Shown: piece by piece, positions 18,302-28,156 of the stretch | How positions within the stretch are numbered: position 1 is the stretch's first letter | How the letters are laid out: every line of letters begins with the position of its first letter | Assembly (NCBI GenBank): GCA_002724975.1 | Contig: PBQF01000004.1 | Location: forward strand, 10,443-54,080 | Source: Parcubacteria group bacterium | GTDB taxonomy: Bacteria > Patescibacteriota > Minisyncoccia > Phycocordibacterales > GCA-002724975 | DNA: 43,638 bases | Direction: 5' to 3' | The notes under the pieces: model-generated | Database searches by the model: none | Told to the model about the DNA's origin: nothing | What the model saw: only the letters and a program-made list of their open reading frames with translations | Translations under genes and position numbers: made by a program

Positions 18302-18934
18302 ATGATACTTACCAAATTTGAACAGTCTGGTTTCATTCTTGAAACCTCAGGGGGCTTTCGCCTTGGTTTTGATATTGGGAATAAGACGCCAACCGAAAAG
18401 CTTAATGGATTAGAGGGGATTGATGCCTTTATTGTTTCTCATATTCATGGAGACCATTTTTCATCAGAGCAAATTAATAAGTTGGCTCCCAAAAAACTTT
18501 TTCTAAATTCAGAATGTGCAGAAAGCGAGGTGGGTAAGGAGGTTGAACCAGAAATAACGATTGTGAAAATTAGCGAGGAAATTGAAGTCGGCGGAATCAA
18601 AGTAAAGTTTTTTGAGGTTGACCACGGGCCAAATGTAAATCACCCTAAGGAAAATATGGGCTTTTTAATCGAGGTGGAAGGGGAGACAATTTATTTTGCC
18701 GGAGACATGTTCAATCCATCTGGAATTCCAGTTGAAAATTTAGAAGTCGATATAGCTTTAATACCTGTTGGAACTTACTACACCTATGGGCCACAGGAAG
18801 CATATAATTTTGTAAAAACATTCAAAAAAATTGGCAAAATAATCCCAATGCATTATGAAAGAAATAATCACATATATCCCGAAACCCGAGATGAGTTTAA
18901 AGAGCTAGCGTCAAGAGATTTTGTAATTGAATAA
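18302..18934 (+). CDS. MBL-fold metallo-hydrolase
   Basis: HIHGDH (HxHxDH) motif, with later D and H ligands (VDHGP, PMHY). 210 aa. Confidence 0.85.
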   Translation: MILTKFEQSGFILETSGGFRLGFDIGNKTPTEKLNGLEGIDAFIVSHIHGDHFSSEQINKLAPKKLFLNSECAESEVGKEVEPEITIVKISEEIEVGGIKVKFFEVDHGPNVNHPKENMGFLIEVEGETIYFAGDMFNPSGIPVENLEVDIALIPVGTYYTYGPQEAYNFVKTFKKIGKIIPMHYERNNHIYPETRDEFKELASRDFVIE

Positions 18935-19006
18935 TAAGCTTTTTCTTATAAGAGGTTTTTACTAAGCCGTTTATAAGGTTGCAATAAAGCCACATTTTGA
19001 TAGAAT
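18930..19006 (+). repeat. 77-nt direct repeat, copy 2
   Basis: See copy 1. The MBL stop codon (18932-18934) lies inside this copy. TGATAGAAT at 18998-19006 precedes the plsC-like ATG by 8 nt. Confidence 0.9.
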
Positions 19007-19014
19007 TTGGTTTT

Positions 19015-19692
19015 ATGAGATTGAAATATTACCTTTCACCACTACCATTGCAGTTATTGTTGCGATTCCTTTTTCACCCCATTGCGATATTCTTTCTTCA
19101 CGCTCAGATGGAGGGACTCGAAAATTTAAAAAAGCAGAAAGGAAATTTTATACTTGCCTCAAATCATATAAGTGAAATAGATTCAGGGTTAATACCATCC
19201 ACAATACCAATTAGGATCTTTAACAGGCCTATTTTTTTTGCTTCTCTAGAAAAAAGGGAATACTCACATAAAGGACTTCGGGGTAAATTATTTTATGGCG
19301 GACTACTTTTTCATCTTTTGGGTGCACGAAAGGTTTACAAAGGCCTTGATGATTACTCGATTTCAGTAGGAAACCATGTAAAACTTTTAGAAGAAGAGGG
19401 AAATATCTTGATTTTTCCAGAGGGCAGAGTTTCTTGTAATGGTAAACCTGGTGGTACTGGAGGCGGGATTGCGTTTCTTGTATATAGGACAAAAAAGCCA
19501 ATTATTCCAATAAAATTGGAAGGAATTTGGGGGATGCTTTTTAGAGAATTTATCTCACGGAAAAGATTTCTAAAGATGAAAATTGGCCAACCAATTTATT
19601 ATGAAGATTTATTTGATGATAGCTTTGAACCGACAAAAGAAAATTTCAAAGCCGTCTCTCGAAAGGTTTTAGAGAAAATTTGTGGACTATAA
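19015..19692 (+). CDS. plsC: 1-acyl-sn-glycerol-3-phosphate acyltransferase family protein
   Basis: NHISEID (HX4D) and FPEGR acyltransferase motifs. ATG 19015 is preferred over the TTG at 18997 used by the track. Confidence 0.8.
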   Translation: MRLKYYLSPLPLQLLLRFLFHPIAIFFLHAQMEGLENLKKQKGNFILASNHISEIDSGLIPSTIPIRIFNRPIFFASLEKREYSHKGLRGKLFYGGLLFHLLGARKVYKGLDDYSISVGNHVKLLEEEGNILIFPEGRVSCNGKPGGTGGGIAFLVYRTKKPIIPIKLEGIWGMLFREFISRKRFLKMKIGQPIYYEDLFDDSFEPTKENFKAVSRKVLEKICGL

Positions 19693-19726
19693 GAAACAAG
19701 GTATTTTTCTGCTAAAATTATAGTCT

Positions 19727-20617
19727 ATGCTGGAAAAAACTTTATATATTGATAACGACCCATCAATCGATTATGAAAGGCTATCTCCTATCAGAAAATT
19801 TTCGGATATTTTCTTTATAACTTTCTTGAATCTGCTACCTAGTGGGTTCAGCAGATTTATCAAAAAAAGCAATAATTATGCCAAAGATGTTCTAGAACAT
19901 AGAACCACTCATCGGGCGCTGGAAGTTTTGTATAATCATGGGTTTCCGACAGAAAACAAATCTGCCTTACAAAAATTTTTCCTAAAAATTTGGTTTAATT
20001 TGCATAATTCCAAGGCAGTGAGGAATAGGTTAAAACTTGTCCGAAAGGAAATTATCAAATTTATTAATCAAATAGATAAAAGGGATGATGATATTAAGAT
20101 ACTAAGTATTGCCTCTGGTTCTTCAAGGGCGATTTTTGAAGCGCTTTCAAAGATTGACCCAAATGAAAATCGAGTCTCAGTTACTTTTCTAGACAGAAGC
20201 ACCAAAGCTCTTGATTACAGTAAGGATTTAAAGGAAAAAGTTATAGACTTTGAAAATAGTTGGAAGTTTCATTGGATAAAGGATACTGTAAGTAATTTGG
20301 ATGTTCATGTTAACCAAAGAAATTCACTGGACTTGGTTGAAATTGTCGGACTCTTTGATTACTTTAATAATAAGAAAGTCTTGGAAGTTTTGTCTAATGT
20401 TTACAAGTTAATGTCTCCCAAGGGAACCTTAATTACAGCTAATATTGCCGATAACAAAGAGAGAAAATTCATTACAGATGTTGTTGGCTGGTCGATGATT
20501 TACAAAGAGCCGACAGAAATGTTTGACTTAGTTACAAGAGCCGGATTTGATAAGGATAAAATCAAGATAGTCTATGAACCGCTAGAAATACATTTTGTAA
20601 TAGTAGCCCAAAAGTAA
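19727..20617 (+). CDS. class I SAM-dependent methyltransferase (substrate unknown)
   Basis: ILSIASGSSRAIFEAL resembles motif I and FLDRS resembles the motif II acidic residue. Rossmann-like spacing. Substrate specificity not recognised. Confidence 0.65.
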   Translation: MLEKTLYIDNDPSIDYERLSPIRKFSDIFFITFLNLLPSGFSRFIKKSNNYAKDVLEHRTTHRALEVLYNHGFPTENKSALQKFFLKIWFNLHNSKAVRNRLKLVRKEIIKFINQIDKRDDDIKILSIASGSSRAIFEALSKIDPNENRVSVTFLDRSTKALDYSKDLKEKVIDFENSWKFHWIKDTVSNLDVHVNQRNSLDLVEIVGLFDYFNNKKVLEVLSNVYKLMSPKGTLITANIADNKERKFITDVVGWSMIYKEPTEMFDLVTRAGFDKDKIKIVYEPLEIHFVIVAQK

Positions 20618-20618
20618 A

Positions 20619-22217
20619 GTGCCATATCAAGTAATTATTCTTTTTATAGTGACCATTATAGGAACCATCCTTAGCTATTTTTTGCTTAGGAGTGACAGAA
20701 GAGCAGTAAACATATTATTTTCAATTTTTTCGATTACCGCCGCCTTGTGGTCGTTGAATCTTGGACTTTTTCTAAATGCACGAAATTTAAACAATGCCTT
20801 AAGTTTTGCGAATTTTTATTATATTGCAGCAGCGGCTATCCCTTTGGTTTTCTTTTACTTTTCTCTTTTTTTCAAACGGGAAAACTATCACTTTAATAAA
20901 AATCTTCTCTGGCTTTTAACCCCTTTCTTTTTGATAGTATATAGCATTCTTGTCGATAGGAATTTTATTGTTGAGCAGATTTTCCAAAATGGTGTAGAAA
21001 AAGATGTCATTTTAAATTTTAGAAATTATTTTATATACACAATCTACTTTGTTTCCTTTGTAGTTTTGTCATATTTTGGTCTTTTGAAAAGCTACAATTA
21101 TGCCAAGGACAGAACAATCAGAGACCAGCTTCGGCTCGTAGTCTTTGGCACCCTTATCGGTTTTGTCCTAGGAATGATTTTTAACTTATTTTTGCCCGCT
21201 TTTGGTAATTACAATTTGATTTGGGTTGGCCCTCTTTCAATTATTATTATGGTTAGCTCTATTAGTTATGCCATAATCAGGTACAAACTTTTCAATTTAA
21301 AAGTTATTGCCACAGAAGTTTTTGTCTTTTTCCTTTGGACGTTTATCCTTATTAGGACTATTCTTTCAACTACCTCGCAAGACCAATTAGCAAATGGAAT
21401 TTTACTTTTGGCGGTAACCATTATTGGAATTTTCTTAATTCGAAGTGTTATCAGAGAAGTAGAACAGAGAGAGAAACTCGAAAGGCTTACAGAAGAGTTA
21501 GGGAAAGCCAATGACAGACTGAAAGGACTTGACGAATTAAAAACAGAGTTTCTTTCTTTAGCCTGTCACCAGTTCCGAAGTCCACTGACCGCTATAAAGG
21601 GTTACGCTTCTTTGGTTCTTGAGGGTTCCTATGGCAAGGTTAATCCTTCTGTTAAGGAAGCGATTGATAAAATTTTCCAATCTTCCGATAACTTAGTGGA
21701 TGTTGTCCAAGACTTTTTAGATGTTTCTCAAATAGAGCAGGGGAGGATAAAATATGAAATGGAGAAGGTGGATATGAAGCTGTTAGTGGAGGAAATAATT
21801 GGCGAACTTCGGCCAAATATTTCAAAAGCCGGGTTGGAAATAATCATAGATGCACCAAGGGAGAGTTACTTTGTTAATGCAGATAAAGGTAAACTCAACC
21901 AGGTTGTTATAAACCTTATTGATAATGCCCAGAAATACACCAAGGAAGGTTCAATTAAAATTAGTATAGAGAAGGAAGACGGGAAGGTTGTAACGAGAAT
22001 TATTGATACGGGGGTTGGAATAAACGAAGACGATATAGGAAAGCTTTTTGGTAAATTTACCAGGACTACAAATTCAAAGAAGACTAATGTTAATGGAACT
22101 GGCTTGGGACTATATATTGTTAAGAAAATTGTCGAGGCTCACAAAGGTAGGATTTGGGTGGAATCTTCTGGGGTAGGCAAAGGTTCGACTTTCTTTATAG
22201 AATTGGATCAGGCTTAA
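20619..22217 (+). CDS. sensor histidine kinase with polytopic N-terminal membrane domain
   Basis: About 7-8 TM helices, then a coiled coil. H-box LACHQFRSPLTAIKGY, N-box DNAQKYT, G1 DTGVGI, G2 GTGLGL. GTG start. Confidence 0.88.
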   Translation: MPYQVIILFIVTIIGTILSYFLLRSDRRAVNILFSIFSITAALWSLNLGLFLNARNLNNALSFANFYYIAAAAIPLVFFYFSLFFKRENYHFNKNLLWLLTPFFLIVYSILVDRNFIVEQIFQNGVEKDVILNFRNYFIYTIYFVSFVVLSYFGLLKSYNYAKDRTIRDQLRLVVFGTLIGFVLGMIFNLFLPAFGNYNLIWVGPLSIIIMVSSISYAIIRYKLFNLKVIATEVFVFFLWTFILIRTILSTTSQDQLANGILLLAVTIIGIFLIRSVIREVEQREKLERLTEELGKANDRLKGLDELKTEFLSLACHQFRSPLTAIKGYASLVLEGSYGKVNPSVKEAIDKIFQSSDNLVDVVQDFLDVSQIEQGRIKYEMEKVDMKLLVEEIIGELRPNISKAGLEIIIDAPRESYFVNADKGKLNQVVINLIDNAQKYTKEGSIKISIEKEDGKVVTRIIDTGVGINEDDIGKLFGKFTRTTNSKKTNVNGTGLGLYIVKKIVEAHKGRIWVESSGVGKGSTFFIELDQA

Positions 22218-22260
22218 TTTATCCCTATAAATCTAGCCAAATTCTGGTAAAATTGACTTA

Positions 22261-23556
22261 ATGTCTGATGTTTCAATGGAAAAACTGGTGTCTTTAGCCA
22301 AGAGGAGAGGATTTATATACCCCGGCTCTGAAATATATGGTGGGTTGGCTGGAACATGGGATTATGGCCATTATGGCTCTCTTTTGGCGTATAACATTAA
22401 GGATTTGTGGTGGAAACATTTTGTTGAGGAAAGAGATGATAATTTTGCTATGACGACTCCTACACTAATGTCCGAAGCAGTTTGGCAGGCCAGTGGGCAT
22501 CTGGATGGCTTTGCTGACCCTTTAATAGAATGTAATAAATGTAAGCATAGATTTAGAGGAGATCAATTAGAGGATAAGAAGAAATGTCCGGATTGTGGAG
22601 GAAAGTTGGGAGAAGAAAAAGCTTTTAATCTAATGCTTCCGGTTCAGCTTGGAAGTGTTGAGGGGAAATCAAACACTGCATATCTCCGAGGTGAGTTGGC
22701 ACAAGGTATGTTTGTTAATTTTAAAAATACTTTAGACACTCTGCGTCCCAAATTACCTTTCGGGCTTGCTCAAATTGGTAGGGCATACAGGAACGAAATT
22801 TCTCCAAGGGACTTTCTGTTCCGTGTTCGAGAATTTGATTTGATGGAGTTTGAATACTTTGTTAAAGAGGCTGACTGGGAAAAATATTTTGAGATGTGGA
22901 AAAAAGAAATGTGGAAATGGATTGAAAGAGTTGGCATTAAGAAGAATATGGTTTCTGAACTTGAAGTGCCAGAAAAAGACAGAGCACATTATTCTAAAAG
23001 AACTGTTGATTTTGAATTTGATTATCCTTTTGGCACAAAAGAGCTTTATGGACTTGCTTATAGGACTGATTATGATTTGAAGAAACACGCCAAAGCATCA
23101 GGATTGGATTTAACTTATAGTGATGAAGAGGGGAATAAATTTATTCCTCATGTTGTTGAGCCAACTTTTGGTCACGGTCGAACAATACTTGCAGTAATGC
23201 TTTCTGCATATAACGAAGATAAGGAAAGAGTTTGGCTTTCATTTAAACCTGAAGTTGCTCCTATAAAAGTTGCAGTTTTCCCACTTTTGCGAAACAAACC
23301 GGAGTTGGTTGAGAAAGCAGACGAGATTTATAAAAGTGTAAAGTCATATATTCCAAATACTTTGTGGGACGATAATGGAAATGTAGGAAAGAGATACAGA
23401 AGGCAGGATGAGATAGGAACGCCACTTTGTATTACAATTGATTTTGAGACACTTGAAGATAAGGCGGTGACGGTAAGGGATAGGGATTCTATGGCTCAAC
23501 AGAGAGTTAAATTAGACGAATTAGAAAATTACCTAAAGAAAAAACTCAATGGCTAA
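22261..23556 (+). CDS. glyQS: glycine--tRNA ligase (alpha2 dimeric type)
   Basis: RRGFIYPGSEIYGG N-terminus, class-II motif 2 YRNEISPR....R.REF, and a C-terminal anticodon-binding domain. Confidence 0.93.
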   Translation: MSDVSMEKLVSLAKRRGFIYPGSEIYGGLAGTWDYGHYGSLLAYNIKDLWWKHFVEERDDNFAMTTPTLMSEAVWQASGHLDGFADPLIECNKCKHRFRGDQLEDKKKCPDCGGKLGEEKAFNLMLPVQLGSVEGKSNTAYLRGELAQGMFVNFKNTLDTLRPKLPFGLAQIGRAYRNEISPRDFLFRVREFDLMEFEYFVKEADWEKYFEMWKKEMWKWIERVGIKKNMVSELEVPEKDRAHYSKRTVDFEFDYPFGTKELYGLAYRTDYDLKKHAKASGLDLTYSDEEGNKFIPHVVEPTFGHGRTILAVMLSAYNEDKERVWLSFKPEVAPIKVAVFPLLRNKPELVEKADEIYKSVKSYIPNTLWDDNGNVGKRYRRQDEIGTPLCITIDFETLEDKAVTVRDRDSMAQQRVKLDELENYLKKKLNG

Positions 23557-24508
23557 ACGACTTCTATCGGGAATACAACCATCAGGCGAACTTCATGTAG
23601 GAAATTATCTTGGTGCTTTAAAAAGATTTGTTGAAATGCAGGGTGAGTATGAGACTTTCGTTTTTGTGGCCAACTATCATTCTTTGACAACATTGAAGAA
23701 TGCCGAGGAGATGAAAAGAAACACAATTGATGTTGTTAAGGATTATGTTGCGGCAGGATTGGACCCGGAGAAAGTTGTTCTTTATACACAAACTGATGTC
23801 CCAGAAGTAACAGAGTTAGCTTGGATTTTCGGAACTTTAATAACAATGCCTAATTTAATGAGAGCTCACGCTTTTAAAGATGCTGAGGCTAGAAATAAGG
23901 AAATAAATGTTGGGGTCTTTAATTATCCAGTACTAATGGCAGCTGATATTTTAGTGGTAGACGCTGATGTTGTGCCAGTTGGTAAGGACCAGCAACAGCA
24001 TGTAGAGATGGCCAGAGATATTGGGAATAAGTTTAACAATGCATTTGGAGATACTTTTAAAATTCCAGAGCCGTTGATTGACGAGGGCACATCAGTGATT
24101 CCTGGAATTGATGGTCAAAAAATGAGCAAGAGTTATGGGAATACCATTTCTCTGTTTGGAAGTGACGAAGAGATAAAAGCACAAGTGGCAAAAATCGTGA
24201 CGGATTCAAAAGGGGTTGATGAACCAAAAGACCCAGAGAATGATTTAGTTTTTGCCTTTCATAAATTATTTAGCACCAACCAGCTTCCAGAATTAGAAAA
24301 AAGATATAGAGAAGGAGGGTTAGGACACAAAGAATCAAAAGACATTTTAGCTGACAATATTATAAAATTGATTTCGCCAATGAGAGAAAAAAGAGAATCA
24401 ATTAGTGATGAAGATGCAGTAGAAATTTTAAGAAAAGGGGCAGAGAAAGTTAGAAATATAGTAGCAAAGAAATTAGAAGAAGTAAGAGAAAAAGCGGGGC
24501 TAATATGA
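23549..24508 (+). CDS. trpS: tryptophan--tRNA ligase
   Basis: SGIQPSGELHVGNY (HIGH region), GKDQ..H and KMSKS motifs. 319 aa. Confidence 0.93.
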   Translation: MAKRLLSGIQPSGELHVGNYLGALKRFVEMQGEYETFVFVANYHSLTTLKNAEEMKRNTIDVVKDYVAAGLDPEKVVLYTQTDVPEVTELAWIFGTLITMPNLMRAHAFKDAEARNKEINVGVFNYPVLMAADILVVDADVVPVGKDQQQHVEMARDIGNKFNNAFGDTFKIPEPLIDEGTSVIPGIDGQKMSKSYGNTISLFGSDEEIKAQVAKIVTDSKGVDEPKDPENDLVFAFHKLFSTNQLPELEKRYREGGLGHKESKDILADNIIKLISPMREKRESISDEDAVEILRKGAEKVRNIVAKKLEEVREKAGLI

Positions 24509-25917
24509 AAAGAACGCTAATTAAGAATCTGGGGGAGAATATAAGGAAAGAGGTTTTAGTTAAAGGCTGGGTTGATATCAGGAGAGACCACGGGAAGCTT
24601 ATTTTTATTGATTTAAGGGACTTTTCAGGGTTAGTTCAGGCCGTTTCTACTCCCAAGGAGGATTCTCATAAAGTAGCCGAAACCATTCGCCCAGAATGGG
24701 TTGTTGAGGTGAAAGGAATGGTAAATGAGAGACCGGAGAATATGGTTAATGCTGACATACAAAATGGAAACATTGAGCTTAAAATTACTGAAATCAAAGT
24801 TTTAAATGAAGCCCAAACACCACCGATTGATATTCAGAGTGACGGAAAAGATATCGGAGAGGAAAACAGATTAAAGTATCGCTACTTGGATTTAAGAAGA
24901 AAGAGAATGCAGAAAAATTTGAGGAATCGCTCCAAAGCATTAACTTTTATTAGAAATTATTTAGAAAAAGAAGACTTCACAGAAGTTGAAACACCAATTC
25001 TTTCAAAATCAACTCCAGAGGGAGCAAGAGATTTTATAGTGCCGTCAAGGATAGATAAAGGAAAATTTTATGCCTTGCCGCAGTCACCACAACAATATAA
25101 ACAGCTTTTAATGGTTGCTGGAATGGAAAGATATTTTCAGATTGCTAGATGTTTCAGAGACGAGGATTCTCGTGGCGACAGACAGCCGGAATTTACCCAG
25201 CTTGATATTGAGGCAAGTTTTGTTAGCCAAGACGATATTATGGATTTACTTGAAGGAGTTTATACAGAAGTTGTAAAGAAATTTTATCCTGACAAAAAAA
25301 TAACCAAGAGCTCGTGGCCTCGGTTAAATTATCAAGATGTTATAAAAGAATATGGAACGGATAGTCCTGATTTAAGAAAAGACAAAAATAATCCTAATGA
25401 ACTCGCTTTTGCTTGGATTATAAACTTCCCGTTATTTACTGAACAAAGTGAGAAGGATTTCTTCCATGGTTCGGGAAGTGCAAAATTTGCTCCGTCACAT
25501 CATATGTTTACTGGCCCAAATCCGGAGGATGTTTCTCTTTTAGATAGTGAGCCACAAAAGGTTAGAGGTTTGCAACACGACTTAGTCTTAAACGGAAATG
25601 AAATAGGAGGCGGAAGTGTAAGAATCCATGATCCTAAAATTCAAGAGAAAGTCTTTGATTTGATTGGTTTTAGCGCTGAGCAGAAAAAGAAATTTAAGCA
25701 TATTTTGGAGGCGTTCACCTATGGTGTGCCACCACACGGGGGAATTGCCATGGGTTTTGACCGATTTATGATGATTCTCGAGAATGAGGAAAGTATTCGT
25801 GAGGTATTTTCATTCCCTAAGACTGGAGAGGGCAGGGATCCGATGATGGAAGCTCCTTCAGAAGTAGAGGAAGATCAATTAAAAGAACTTGGAATAGAAG
25901 TAAAAAAGAAAAAATAG
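24505..25917 (+). CDS. aspS: aspartate--tRNA ligase, bacterial-like but lacking the GAD insertion domain
   Basis: OB-fold N-terminus, motif 2 FRDEDSRGDRQPEFTQLD, GGGSVRIH, and motif 3 GIAMGFDR. PDLR is followed almost directly by FAWIINFPLF, so the usual insertion is absent. Confidence 0.93.
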   Translation: MKRTLIKNLGENIRKEVLVKGWVDIRRDHGKLIFIDLRDFSGLVQAVSTPKEDSHKVAETIRPEWVVEVKGMVNERPENMVNADIQNGNIELKITEIKVLNEAQTPPIDIQSDGKDIGEENRLKYRYLDLRRKRMQKNLRNRSKALTFIRNYLEKEDFTEVETPILSKSTPEGARDFIVPSRIDKGKFYALPQSPQQYKQLLMVAGMERYFQIARCFRDEDSRGDRQPEFTQLDIEASFVSQDDIMDLLEGVYTEVVKKFYPDKKITKSSWPRLNYQDVIKEYGTDSPDLRKDKNNPNELAFAWIINFPLFTEQSEKDFFHGSGSAKFAPSHHMFTGPNPEDVSLLDSEPQKVRGLQHDLVLNGNEIGGGSVRIHDPKIQEKVFDLIGFSAEQKKKFKHILEAFTYGVPPHGGIAMGFDRFMMILENEESIREVFSFPKTGEGRDPMMEAPSEVEEDQLKELGIEVKKKK

Positions 25918-25926
25918 AATTTCATC

Positions 25927-26661
25927 ATGACTGATTTCACGGTGAAAACAAATCATTTTGAGGGGCCTCTAGAGCTTCTTTTAAGTTTTATAGAGAAAAG
26001 AAAGCTTTTCATAAATGACTTTTCACTGGCGGAAATTGCAGATGACTACATTGCTCATGTTAACAACTTGGAGAATTTCCCATTGAAAGAGATTTCCAAT
26101 TTCATTGTTATTGCTTCAACTTTGATTCTGATAAAATCGAAATCTCTTCTGCCAACTTTAGAGTTGACCAGTGAGGAAGAGGAAAGTATTGAAGATTTAG
26201 AAAGAAGATTGAAAGAATACAAGCTGATTAAATCACTAAGTAAAAACATAGAGAACCGATTTGGGATGAATATAATTTTTAGCTCTCCGGCAATTCAAGC
26301 ACCACCAGTTTTTACTCCAGATGACAGTATCAGCAAAGAATCACTTTTAAGAGCAGTAAATGATGTTGTAAAAAGTTTTCCTAAAGACGAAAAGAAGGAA
26401 AATCCAAAAGCGTCTATCAAAAAAGTTATCAGCTTAGAAGAAATGGTAGATAGTCTGACCAAAAGGATTAAGAGTAATTTAAAAACAACCTTTCGGGAAT
26501 TTAGCGGTTCAGTTGGTAAAGGAGAAAGAATCAATTTGATTGTTGGTTTTTTGGCTATGCTTGAAATGTTTAAGGGCGGAATTGTAAATTTAAGCCAAAG
26601 TGAAAATTTTTCGGATATTCACATTGAAAGTCATGATATTGACGTACCAAAATACAAATAA
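25927..26661 (+). CDS. scpA: segregation and condensation protein A
   Basis: FEGPLELLL..IEK.K..I.D..LA.I.D.Y kleisin N-terminus, with the ScpB gene directly downstream. Confidence 0.85.
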   Translation: MTDFTVKTNHFEGPLELLLSFIEKRKLFINDFSLAEIADDYIAHVNNLENFPLKEISNFIVIASTLILIKSKSLLPTLELTSEEEESIEDLERRLKEYKLIKSLSKNIENRFGMNIIFSSPAIQAPPVFTPDDSISKESLLRAVNDVVKSFPKDEKKENPKASIKKVISLEEMVDSLTKRIKSNLKTTFREFSGSVGKGERINLIVGFLAMLEMFKGGIVNLSQSENFSDIHIESHDIDVPKYK

Positions 26662-26664
26662 AAT

Positions 26665-27210
26665 ATGACTACGGATGCTTACCTAGAATCAATACTATTT
26701 TTTAAAGGGACTCCGGTTTCAATTTCTTTCTTAGCAAAAGTTTTAGGTAAAAATGAGGATGAAATTAAAGAAGCCCTGGATGTTTTGGAAGAGAAGCTCG
26801 AGGACAGGGGACTGGTTTTAAATCGACACCAAAATCAGGTATCCTTAGGAACGAGCCCGAAATCTTCAGGTTTTGTTGAGACCTTAATTAAAGAAGATTT
26901 GGATAAAGACATTGGAAAAGCGGGACTGGAGACACTTTCAATTGTTTTATATAGGGGTCCGATTTCCAGAGGCGAAATAGACTATATTAGAGGTGTAAAT
27001 TCCTCTTTTATCTTAAGAAACCTCTTAATTCGTGGCCTTGTTGAGAAGGTAAAAAGCACCAAGGATCAGAGAATCTCTATGTATAATCCAACATTCAAAC
27101 TTCTTTCACACTTAGGAGTAAAAAACATAGAGGAAATGACACAATACAAGGAAATTAGACAAAGTGTAGAAAACTTTGAAAATGAAAAACAAAATGATAG
27201 AAACGAATGA
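26665..27210 (+). CDS. scpB: segregation and condensation protein B
   Basis: LE..LF.....VS...LA..L, then two winged-helix units (LSIVLYRGPISRGEIDYIRGV). Typical size and position. Confidence 0.85.
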   Translation: MTTDAYLESILFFKGTPVSISFLAKVLGKNEDEIKEALDVLEEKLEDRGLVLNRHQNQVSLGTSPKSSGFVETLIKEDLDKDIGKAGLETLSIVLYRGPISRGEIDYIRGVNSSFILRNLLIRGLVEKVKSTKDQRISMYNPTFKLLSHLGVKNIEEMTQYKEIRQSVENFENEKQNDRNE

Positions 27211-28156
27211 TTTTGAGAATATAAGAAACGGCGGTATAAACAGGAATGAATTGATTGTTTTATTCTTTATTATAGTTTTGGCTGTTTTATTTTTTATTTT
27301 CTTTTTAGCCCAAAAATCTCCAAATGAAGATTTAACAGAAAACAATGAACAAAATAAAACCCAGAAATCTAACCAAGTTTTTGAAAATTTGGATTTAGAA
27401 GCCAAAGCCGTTTTTGTTTGGGATGTCTTGAATCAAAAAGAGATTTATTCAAAAAATTCTGAATCACAACTTCCTCTAGCGTCGCTAACCAAAGTTGCAA
27501 TGGCCATTACTGCTTTAGATAAGGTACCACAAGGTACGGTTATAACTATAAATGAAAATGATTTGGTTGAAGAAGGAGATGATGGACTTTTTTCAGGCGA
27601 AAGATGGGCTTTAAAAGATTTAATTGATTTTAGCTTGATTGTTTCTTCGAATGATGGAGCTCTAGCTGTGGCAAGTGCAATTGGTTCAGTTGTTAATCAA
27701 GAAGATCCACATAATGAGTTTATTGGATTGATGAATGAAAAAGTCAGAAAAATCGGTTTGGTCCAGACATATTTTATAAGTCCATCAGGATTAGATAAAG
27801 AAGATATTGTGCCAGGGGGAAATGGTAGTGCTAAAGACATGGCTATCCTTTTTGAATATGCCATGAGGGAATTTCCAAATTCTCTTGAAGCAACAAGTTA
27901 TCCAATGGTTGAATTTAATTCGTTAAGTGATTTTGAACACGAGGCCGAAAACACAAACGATTTGGTGAAGAAGCTCCCTGGTATTATTGCGTCAAAAACT
28001 GGTTTTACTGATTTAGCCGGAGGCAATTTAGTTGTAGCTTTTGAGCCGGAACCTGGAAGACTGATTATTTTGGTTGCCCTAGGTTCATCTCTTGAGGGGA
28101 GGTTAGTAGATATAGAAAAACTTTATTTAACGACTTTCGATTACATAAATTCATGA
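27182..28156 (+). CDS. D-alanyl-D-alanine carboxypeptidase (serine-type, PBP5/S11-like)
   Basis: SxxK (ASLTK), SxN (SSND) and KTG (SKTGFT) active-site triad motifs after an N-terminal TM/signal anchor. First ATG at 27182; the track start 27176 is TTG. Confidence 0.85.
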   Translation: MKNKMIETNDFENIRNGGINRNELIVLFFIIVLAVLFFIFFLAQKSPNEDLTENNEQNKTQKSNQVFENLDLEAKAVFVWDVLNQKEIYSKNSESQLPLASLTKVAMAITALDKVPQGTVITINENDLVEEGDDGLFSGERWALKDLIDFSLIVSSNDGALAVASAIGSVVNQEDPHNEFIGLMNEKVRKIGLVQTYFISPSGLDKEDIVPGGNGSAKDMAILFEYAMREFPNSLEATSYPMVEFNSLSDFEHEAENTNDLVKKLPGIIASKTGFTDLAGGNLVVAFEPEPGRLIILVALGSSLEGRLVDIEKLYLTTFDYINS

